Source: an uncultured Eubacteriales bacterium (lineage in GTDB: Bacteria; Acidobacteriota; Aminicenantia; Aminicenantales; Aminicenantaceae). Taken from it: a DNA stretch of 64,000 nucleotides. A program made the translations under genes and the position numbers. This document shows positions 58,201 through 64,000 of the stretch, in pieces. The DNA lies in NCBI GenBank assembly GCA_964445575.1, contig CAYULB010000006.1:1061-65060 (forward strand), written 5' to 3'. Within the stretch, counting starts at the first letter, position 1. Each line of letters begins with the position of its first letter. The notes under the pieces are model-generated. The model was not told the DNA's origin. It did no database searches and worked only from the letters and a program-made list of their open reading frames with translations.

Positions 58201-58426
58201 CCTGAAGGGCCAAGAGCTTTTTGCCATAAAAGGCGGTTCAGACCAAGGATTGCATAAAATATTCTGGGACCTCAGAAAAAAACCGGAAGAAGAGGATGAT
58301 ACGTCTAGATGGAGGAGAAGAGGAGAAATTGTTGATGCCGGGAACTATGAAGTGGTTTTAGTCATCGGAGATAAGGAAGTTATGAGTCAAACTTTAAAAA
58401 TCATTGATGACCCCCTGTTTCATTGA
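55280..58426 (+). CDS. secreted BNR/Asp-box repeat protein (sortilin/VPS10-like double beta-propeller)
   Basis: Signal peptide and at least 10 Asp-box-like motifs (SxDxGxTW): 'TEDGGISF', 'SDDAGKTW', 'TVDGGETW', 'TVDGGKTW', 'SEDQGETW', 'SEDGGKTF', 'STDGGNSW', 'TEDMGKTW', 'SIDRGETW'. Confidence 0.75.
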   Translation: MRKNKSSGLVSLSVCFALIFLFQSVLLGEKALSTEQLDIFKWRHIGPFTFSGRMTDFAVPKGQSKVYYVATASGGIWKTEDGGISFSSIFDDYGNMSIGNIAVAPSDPNRVYVGTGEALHARSSAHGNGMWRSDDAGKTWKHIGLEESYFIPKIAVDHKNPDIVYVAAEGKLYDNEMDCQRGLYKTVDGGETWERVLDLKDRGVGDFVIDPTNSNVVIAGAYKTYRRTWTFIDRQPENHFYKTVDGGKTWKKLTNGLPLDIKTGWNGITLYPKDSRIVYIRMDEEVDLGLDQRENRQLYRAGRLFKDDYYFNKFKAYKIAPALMKMVDFEPLAAENERELVEKINELIKDKDFLKDTDVNLDEFIKKAKQVYKKQDDILDEMAEVEELLNEAKQSEQKQGEEEGDEKEPKGRHQVFNRFVIQTLYAPVFQAMEPVTKSGVIYRSEDQGETWRRMTEYKISGGSIQVNDIEAGYSGRIEVDPNNDQILYAVEVYPKVSEDGGKTFKNTTWSGWHKCHVDMRGIWIDPLDSDHILSANDGGVSETWDRGKHWSQKETISAQQFYDISVDNEMPYHVMGGTQDNGSWIGPSQNRNQYGVYPADWTYLPSGDGFYVVRDWWNPEFIYFESQFGNSRRMNLKTGEIISLSKRNTQEEREAGKDPERYQWDAPIVLSPHNPGIVYVCSQHVHMSASRGEPGTFVTISPDLSKKNKERIELSKLTNLQYATIYTFAESPVKPGVYWAGTDDGNLQLSTDGGNSWINITEKFYQENSKPKTGAQEARIPYDRWVTKVEPSAHKLERCYVTYSGYRTHNEDDSYIYVTEDMGKTWKNLSGGMKNPVRDIEEDPDNPDILYLATDYGLFVSIDRGETWENMSSSAPDVIIMSLDIQERERDLAIGTYGRGIYTADIYPFKEFSNEALEKEHHLFEIQRAVKWNRYERRGQTYGEFARVPNPDVGATFYYFLKEKTEPVKISIRDLKGQELFAIKGGSDQGLHKIFWDLRKKPEEEDDTSRWRRRGEIVDAGNYEVVLVIGDKEVMSQTLKIIDDPLFH

Positions 58427-58505
58427 TTGGATAGAAAGAAGAGACTGATTTCAGGAAAAAACTGAGATTTAAAAAAGGATTTTTAGTTAAGGAGATTTTA
58501 GAGAA

Positions 58506-59507
58506 GTGTCATTTGATGATATTGTTGGTAATGAGAGAGCCAAAAGCATTCTGAGGAAATCTCTGATGAGGGGAAGGGTTCCCAGTGCCCTTTTGTTTTC
58601 TGGGCCCAGAGGAGTTGGCAAGAGGGACGCAGCTTTGGTTCTTGCTAAGGCCCTGAACTGCCTCCAAAAAAAAGACGACTCTTGTGGGGAGTGCTCATCA
58701 TGTAGAGCCATTGACAAGATAGACCGAGGGACTTTTCCGGATGTGATGAAGATAAAAGCTGAAAAGGATATTATAAAGATCGATCAAATAAGGCTGATCA
58801 AACAAGCTGCTTACCTGAAACCAATGAGAGGGAAAAGAAGAGTGTTCATAGTGGAACAAGCAGAGAAAATGAATCAAGAGGCTTCCAATTCTTTACTAAA
58901 AGTCTTAGAGGAGCCCCCTCTGTTTTCTCATATCATCCTCACCACGGAAAATCTTTTTTCCATACTGCCAACCATAAAGTCGCGGTGTCAGATTTTGAAA
59001 TTTGTGCAGATTTCCGGATATGATATTCAGAAAAAATTGATAGAGAAAGGAACCGACGAACAAAGGGCCAAAATTATCTCTCTTTTAGTGCAGGGCAATT
59101 TAGAGCAAGCGCTGGAATTTGATTTGGAAGAAGCCGAGGACCAGAGGAGGAAAGCATTCCAAATGTTTTCCTCTTTAGTAAAAGGTAAAAAAACTGCCAG
59201 CATTTTTAAAAAATATTCAAGGATGCAGAAAAATAATTTTATCGAGAGCATGGAGCCCCTGTTAGAGATGATGTCATCTTTTTGCAGAGATATAATATTG
59301 CTAAAAATAGGGAAAAGAGATGAGTTGTTGATTAATCCGGATTATAAGGATAAATTGAGTGAGATTGAAAAAATCCTGGGTTTTGAGGAAACCGTGGAGT
59401 GTTTAAGAGTGATCGAAGAATGCATTGGATTGCTTGAGCGGAACATAAACAAAAAGATTCTCATGAATTCTATGACAGTCAACTTAATGGACAGAAGAAA
59501 TGTCTGA
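58506..59507 (+). CDS. holB: DNA polymerase III delta-prime subunit
   Basis: 'GRVPSALLFSGPRGVGK' P-loop-like block, zinc module 'CLQKKDDSCGECSSC', 'SRCQ' sensor block. GTG start. Confidence 0.8.
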   Translation: MSFDDIVGNERAKSILRKSLMRGRVPSALLFSGPRGVGKRDAALVLAKALNCLQKKDDSCGECSSCRAIDKIDRGTFPDVMKIKAEKDIIKIDQIRLIKQAAYLKPMRGKRRVFIVEQAEKMNQEASNSLLKVLEEPPLFSHIILTTENLFSILPTIKSRCQILKFVQISGYDIQKKLIEKGTDEQRAKIISLLVQGNLEQALEFDLEEAEDQRRKAFQMFSSLVKGKKTASIFKKYSRMQKNNFIESMEPLLEMMSSFCRDIILLKIGKRDELLINPDYKDKLSEIEKILGFEETVECLRVIEECIGLLERNINKKILMNSMTVNLMDRRNV

Positions 59508-60180
59508 AATAGTTTATGTGTTTTCTGAGCGCCTCCAAAAGGTATTTCGAGCTGATAAAAAGGAATTTGATTTAAAAACAGGAGACATCTGTTTGATTGA
59601 ATCTCCTCTGGGGGGTGAGCTGGCCGTGGTGGTGGATGCCCCTAAGAAAATAAGAAAAAACCTTAAAGCTGACAAGGGAGCTGCAAATGTTATTCGTAAA
59701 GCCACGGAAAAAGACAAAGAAAAGTTTGCCTGGATGAGAAAGAAAGAGAAGGAAGCTTTTGACTTCTGCCTGACGAAAATAAAAGAACGCAAACTCCCCA
59801 TGAAACTGGTAAGAGTGAGATATTTTTTTGATGAGAAGAAGGGCATTTTCTACTACACAGCAGATGGTCGGATTGATTTTAGGGCTCTGGTTAAGGACCT
59901 GGCTAAACGGTTCCGGATGAGAATTGAGATGCGTCAGATTGGAGTTAGAGACGAGGCGAAAATGATCGGAGGGGTGGGCGTTTGCGGACGCAGGCTGTGC
60001 TGTGCCAGTTTTATGAAAAGTTTTGAGCCGGTGACAATACAAAAGGCAAAAAGACAGAATATAACCATAAATCCCACCAAGATATCAGGACTTTGCGGCC
60101 GGCTTATGTGCTGTCTTGCTTTTGAGGAAGAAAGCAAGGGTCGCATGTACAGTGAAGAAGAGGAAGTAGAAGAAGATTAA
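59500..60180 (+). CDS. PSP1-domain protein (RicT/YaaT-like)
   Basis: 'GVCGRRLCCASFM' and 'GLCGRLMCCLAFE' paired Cys motifs typical of PSP1 C-terminal domain proteins. Overlaps holB by 8 nt, as in the Firmicute holB-yaaT arrangement. Confidence 0.8.
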   Translation: MSEIVYVFSERLQKVFRADKKEFDLKTGDICLIESPLGGELAVVVDAPKKIRKNLKADKGAANVIRKATEKDKEKFAWMRKKEKEAFDFCLTKIKERKLPMKLVRVRYFFDEKKGIFYYTADGRIDFRALVKDLAKRFRMRIEMRQIGVRDEAKMIGGVGVCGRRLCCASFMKSFEPVTIQKAKRQNITINPTKISGLCGRLMCCLAFEEESKGRMYSEEEEVEED

Positions 60181-60215
60181 TTTTAGATTTTAAGACACCG
60201 GGTCACCCGAAAGCT

Positions 60216-60857
60216 CTACTGGGTATTCTGCCATGTAAACTGGATTTTACTCGATTCACTGATGAGGGTTCCTTGGGGTGAAAAAGCTTTTACCTGCCAG
60301 AAATAGCTTTTTCCTGGAGTCATTTTTGATTTGATCTCTTCAGGAAGGGATATGTAATTGTTCTGAGTGGTTTTTTCCCAGATCAGCTCATCATTGGATA
60401 TCAAGACTTTGTATTCGATGTCTTTCCCTACGGCTTCCCACCTGAATTCAGAGGGAACAGCCTTGGAGATAAGAGTGATGGAGCGTCCTCTGACAGCCTC
60501 TTCTGTGATCATAAACTCAGGGGTTTTATCTGTTACATTGGGAATAATGGCAAAAACCACGATTAAAATCAAAGCTGCAGTTAAAGCTGCAGATATGAGA
60601 GGTTTGGGGGATAAAAAGTCCATAACTTTTTCATAAATTGGATTTTTTGATTCTTCTTCTATCCGGATATCTTTAAATATGGTATCCGCCTTGTTTTTAA
60701 TGGTCCAGATAAGTTCATTTTTTTCTTTAATTTGTTCAAAACAGTGGGGACAATTGAAAAAATGTTTTTCAAATTTTTCTTTTTTCTCCCTGCTCAGTCT
60801 GTTGAACAAGTAATCATCAATTAGGTTCTCATATCTGCATTTATCCATTGATCTCAC
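60216..60857 (-). CDS. anti-sigma factor (zf-HC2 type) with one TM helix and an extracytoplasmic domain
   Basis: 'HFFNCPHCFEQ' (H-x3-C-x2-C) after an N-terminal Cys, the TM helix 'LISAALTAALILIVVFAII', and position directly downstream of the ECF sigma gene. Confidence 0.65.
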   Translation of the reverse strand: MRSMDKCRYENLIDDYLFNRLSREKKEKFEKHFFNCPHCFEQIKEKNELIWTIKNKADTIFKDIRIEEESKNPIYEKVMDFLSPKPLISAALTAALILIVVFAIIPNVTDKTPEFMITEEAVRGRSITLISKAVPSEFRWEAVGKDIEYKVLISNDELIWEKTTQNNYISLPEEIKSKMTPGKSYFWQVKAFSPQGTLISESSKIQFTWQNTQ

Positions 60858-60911
60858 CCCTAATTTAATTTCATTAGTTTAGTCGAAATAAATGCATAAT
60901 TACGGAAGATT

Positions 60912-61415
60912 TTATTCATTTATTAGCTTTTTTAGTAATTTTTGGGCATAATGCACTCTTTCGCTCACTCTTCTGGGAGAAATGCCCAGTCTTTCAGCCA
61001 CTTCTTTCCGGGCGAGCCCCTTATAATAGTAAAGATATAACACTTTTTTATATTTTGGTTTTAGTTCTTCTAGTTTTTCTGCCAGAATTTCTGATCTTTC
61101 CTTTTTTTCTATCTGTATATAGGGATCTGGGAACGGGTCGGCTTCAGGAATGAATTTCTTTAGTTTTTTGTTTTTTTGTCTTATGTAGTCCACGATTCTT
61201 CTTCTTGTTATGGTGTAAATAAAGGTGCCTATGGAAGATTCGCCTTTGAATTCACCATTTTTTATTTTTTCTATGGTATTGAGCATAATTTCATTAACGA
61301 TATCTTCCCATTCAGGGGTATGGGAGCCGATTGATTTTTTTACTTTATAGGTAACGATAGGCCGGTATTGAGAAGTGATTTTATTAAGGTCGTAAGAGTT
61401 ATCTTCTTTTTTCAC
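60912..61415 (-). CDS. ECF-type RNA polymerase sigma-70 family factor
   Basis: Region 2 ('EDIVNEIMLNTIEKI...FIYTITRRRIVDYIR') and a region 4 HTH ('LYYYKGLARKEVAERLGISPRRVSERVHYA'), 167 aa. Confidence 0.8.
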   Translation of the reverse strand: MKKEDNSYDLNKITSQYRPIVTYKVKKSIGSHTPEWEDIVNEIMLNTIEKIKNGEFKGESSIGTFIYTITRRRIVDYIRQKNKKLKKFIPEADPFPDPYIQIEKKERSEILAEKLEELKPKYKKVLYLYYYKGLARKEVAERLGISPRRVSERVHYAQKLLKKLINE

Positions 61416-61483
61416 TTTCAGTCATTATAAAGGGTGTTTTATACATTAGCAAGTGTGGAATTTTCGTGATGAAGGTGGGGGAA

Positions 61484-63751
61484 CTATTGATTTTGCTTTG
61501 CTTTGCTGAGGTAGGCTTCAATGTTGGTCAGTATTTCTCTGGGTTTGCTTCCTTTGGAGGGTCCCACGATTCCTTCCTGCTCCATCTGGTCAAGGATTCT
61601 TGCTGCTCTCGCATATCCTAATTTTAGTTTTCTTTGAAGATAGGATGCAGAAGCCTGCTCTGTACTCAAAACCAGTTCCACTGCTTTTTCAAACAGTTCA
61701 TCTTTTTCTTCAGATTCATCTTTTTCTTCGCTGGGAGATTTTTTTAAGGTCTTGACGATTTTTTCATCATATTCAGGTTTTCTTTGCCCTTTTATGTGTT
61801 TCAACAAGCGACTTATCTCTTGGAGAGAGATAAAGGAGCTGTGAAGTCTTAAGATTTTTGGATAGTTGGGGGGCATAAAAAGCATGTCTCCTCTGCCTAA
61901 AAGTTTTTCTGCACCTCCCGTATCAATGATGATTTGGGAGTCTATTTTTGAAGGAACCCTGAACGCAATCCGGCAGGAAAAATTGTTCTTGATGGTTCCT
62001 GTAATCACATCCGTGGAAGGACGTTGAGTGGCCATAACCAGATGAATTCCCACGGCTCTGGCTAATTGGGCCAGCCTCCCTATACAGTATTCCGCTTCCT
62101 TATCCCCGATCATCATCAACTCTGCCAGTTCGTCAATGATTATGACAATATGAGGGAGGGGCTTTAAAGGCTCTTCTCCCAGACCCAGGTCCAGCTTATC
62201 CGTTGTAGAGAGTTCTTTGATCTGGCGGTTGTATTGGTCAATGTCGCGCACTTTTAAGCGGCCCAAAGCATGGTATCTCTCTTCCATTTTTTTTATGGAA
62301 TCGTAGAGGATGCGGCTGGCTTTATGGGGATTCTTTACCACAGGACAAAGAAGATGGGGGATCCCATCGTAGAGAGAGAACTCCAGTCTTTTGGGATCGA
62401 TCAATATGATCCTCACTTCATCTGGAGTGGCTTTATAGAGAAAGCTGGCGATAATAGAGTTCAAAGCCACACTTTTGCCAGTCCCTGTGGCACCTGCAAT
62501 GAGCAGATGAGGCATTATGGAAAGGTCAGTGACATAGGGTTCTCCATGGATGGTCTTTCCCAGTCCGACGGATAGCTTAGAGGGTGCTTCCATGAATTTT
62601 TGAGTTTGGAGAACATCTCTGAGTTTAATGACCTCCCTCTTGTTGTTGGGTATTTCGATTCCCAGGGAGGATTTCCCGGGTATGCGCTGGATTCTCAATG
62701 ATTCGGCGCCTAAAGCAAGGGAAAGGTCCTCTGCTCTGCTGGCTACTTGGCTCACTTTGACTCCGGGGCTGGGATAAAATTCGTAAGTGGTGACGATAGG
62801 GCCAGGATGGTATTCTCTGACTTCTCCTATGACCTTAAACTGAGAAAGTTTATCTTCAATGATTTGCTTTTTTTCATAAAGTTCATTTTTATCTATTTTC
62901 TCTGCTTCTTTTCCAGGATCAAGCAGGCTCAAAGGCGGGAATTGATAGTCTCCTTTATGGCTCAATTCCGGGAAAAGAAAGCCTTCCGAAGAAGTCTTTT
63001 TATGTTTGGATGGTTCAGGTACTGAAGAGTCAGCAGCCTTTTTGGGCAGCCCTGTTTTTTTGGGCTTGGGTTGGGAATATTTTTCCACAACTTTTTTTCT
63101 CATTTTTTCTTTGTTTTTTTGTTTTTGATAGTCCGTGACCTTTATTCTCAGTTCTTTAAACAAGAATTTAAAAAACCTTACCAGGAAATCAAAAATTTTT
63201 CTCATTGGGATATGGGTAGAGAAAAGAATAACCACAATCAGAAGCCCGAATAATAGGATAAAAGAACCGATATGATTGAAATATTTAATCAACAGAGAAG
63301 AGGACAGCTCTCCTATAACACCGCCGGCTGACATTTCACTCCCTTTCCAGGAGGTCTGGTTGAATATCAGTGAGAAAAGAGGGCAGAGTATCAAGCATAT
63401 TAAAAAGCTTTCTCCTGCCCGAGAAAGGAAGCCTCCTTTCTTTTTAGGGAAAAATAGCTGAAAACCAAGCAGAATAAATGCGACAGGAAGCACAAATGAG
63501 CTGAGCCCCAAAAATTGAAGGAGGGCTTCTGAAAAAGAGGCTCCGACTTTGCCTCCGTAGTTTTGGACTTTCTGGTTCATACTGGAAACAGAGGCCCAGG
63601 ATGGGTCACTGGGGTGGTAGCTCAACAGGCTGACAATAAGAAAAGCAGAAATAATAAGGAGAACAACCCCGGATATTTCGCGTTTGATGCGGTTCTGGAC
63701 AGTTTTTCTCTGTTTTTTTGTTTTTTCCTTTGCTTTTTTTCTTTTAGCCAT
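61484..63751 (-). CDS. ftsK: DNA translocase FtsK/SpoIIIE
   Basis: N-terminal TM helices, a basic linker, the motor domain 'GATGTGKSV' and 'IIIDELAELM', and a C-terminal gamma winged helix ('SASYLQRKLKLGYARAARILDQME'). Confidence 0.92.
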   Translation of the reverse strand: MAKRKKAKEKTKKQRKTVQNRIKREISGVVLLIISAFLIVSLLSYHPSDPSWASVSSMNQKVQNYGGKVGASFSEALLQFLGLSSFVLPVAFILLGFQLFFPKKKGGFLSRAGESFLICLILCPLFSLIFNQTSWKGSEMSAGGVIGELSSSLLIKYFNHIGSFILLFGLLIVVILFSTHIPMRKIFDFLVRFFKFLFKELRIKVTDYQKQKNKEKMRKKVVEKYSQPKPKKTGLPKKAADSSVPEPSKHKKTSSEGFLFPELSHKGDYQFPPLSLLDPGKEAEKIDKNELYEKKQIIEDKLSQFKVIGEVREYHPGPIVTTYEFYPSPGVKVSQVASRAEDLSLALGAESLRIQRIPGKSSLGIEIPNNKREVIKLRDVLQTQKFMEAPSKLSVGLGKTIHGEPYVTDLSIMPHLLIAGATGTGKSVALNSIIASFLYKATPDEVRIILIDPKRLEFSLYDGIPHLLCPVVKNPHKASRILYDSIKKMEERYHALGRLKVRDIDQYNRQIKELSTTDKLDLGLGEEPLKPLPHIVIIIDELAELMMIGDKEAEYCIGRLAQLARAVGIHLVMATQRPSTDVITGTIKNNFSCRIAFRVPSKIDSQIIIDTGGAEKLLGRGDMLFMPPNYPKILRLHSSFISLQEISRLLKHIKGQRKPEYDEKIVKTLKKSPSEEKDESEEKDELFEKAVELVLSTEQASASYLQRKLKLGYARAARILDQMEQEGIVGPSKGSKPREILTNIEAYLSKAKQNQ

Positions 63752-63835
63752 CTAAAAAATTATACCATATTTGATTATCATGATTGAAACTATTTGCTAT
63801 GTTCGGTTTTGAGGTGTCATTCAGCCACAACGGAA

Positions 63836-64000
63836 TCACATTTTAGATTTACTTGTAAGATTCTGGTATAAGGAGGCAAACTCATCTAAGGACACTTTTT
63901 CAGGCCGAATATTGGAGTCCAAACTGCTTTCCTGAAAACACTTCTTTATTTGCTCAGGGGTAAAGCCCATGGATTTGAGATTGTTTCTAAGTTTTTTTCT
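63836..64000 (-). CDS. rsmA: 16S rRNA dimethyladenosine transferase, C-terminal 54 codons (partial, continues past the window end)
   Basis: My reverse-strand translation is RKKLRNNLKSMGFTPEQIKKCFQESSLDSNIRPEKVSLDEFASLYQNLTSKSKM*. It resembles the 'RRKxLRNxL...R.E.Ls.eeF..L' KsgA C-terminus. Stop at 63836-63838. Confidence 0.55.
   Translation of the reverse strand, partial: RKKLRNNLKSMGFTPEQIKKCFQESSLDSNIRPEKVSLDEFASLYQNLTSKSKM

Noticed and set aside
59572-60042. 156-aa minus-strand ORF (and 59514-59846)
   Set aside because: Both are antisense to the PSP1-domain gene and are shadow ORFs.

Overview
By eye this 64 kb window is a densely packed (about 60 genes), roughly 40% GC stretch of core chromosome from an LPS-producing (diderm) bacterium. 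I cannot assign the lineage from sequence alone. Nearly every long ORF is a recognisable housekeeping gene, and several conserved syntenic blocks are present. Lipid A/LPS genes: plsC, gmhA, lpxL-family, lpxK. leuS-lptE-holA, with rpsT, murJ and dtd. ribD-ribE-ribBA coupled to ftsY, then recJ. A long co-directional block: LptC/LptA-like, lptB, rpoN, hpf, ptsN, hprK, rapZ, EIIA(Man), HPr, ptsI. The Tol-Pal operon tolQ-tolR-tolA-tolB-pal-cpoB, coupled to ssb. trkH/trkA (ktrBA-like). An MrfA-like helicase divergent from uvrA. A large secreted BNR/sortilin-like protein. holB with a PSP1/RicT gene, an ECF sigma/anti-sigma pair, ftsK, and a partial rsmA at the right edge. I saw no rRNA, tRNA, CRISPR array, transposase, integrase, phage or obvious defence-island genes, so I do not claim a clear novel multi-gene system. 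Seven items deserve a second look. (1) An in-frame fusion of a complete aspartate-type aminotransferase to a PEPCK/HprK-like P-loop domain, directly upstream of a divergent PEP carboxykinase. (2) A 625-aa membrane-anchored LptC+LptA-like protein in place of separate lptC and lptA. (3) A dispersed intergenic repeat family that forms two MITE-like elements bracketing trkH. (4) A GC-rich, structured ~110 bp insert inside one of those elements. (5) A UvrA that appears to lack the insertion domain. (6) A permease-less regulatory PTS merged with the rpoN cluster. (7) An LpxK with a Gly-to-Glu change in the Walker A motif. All homology calls rest on motif recognition by eye and need profile searches.
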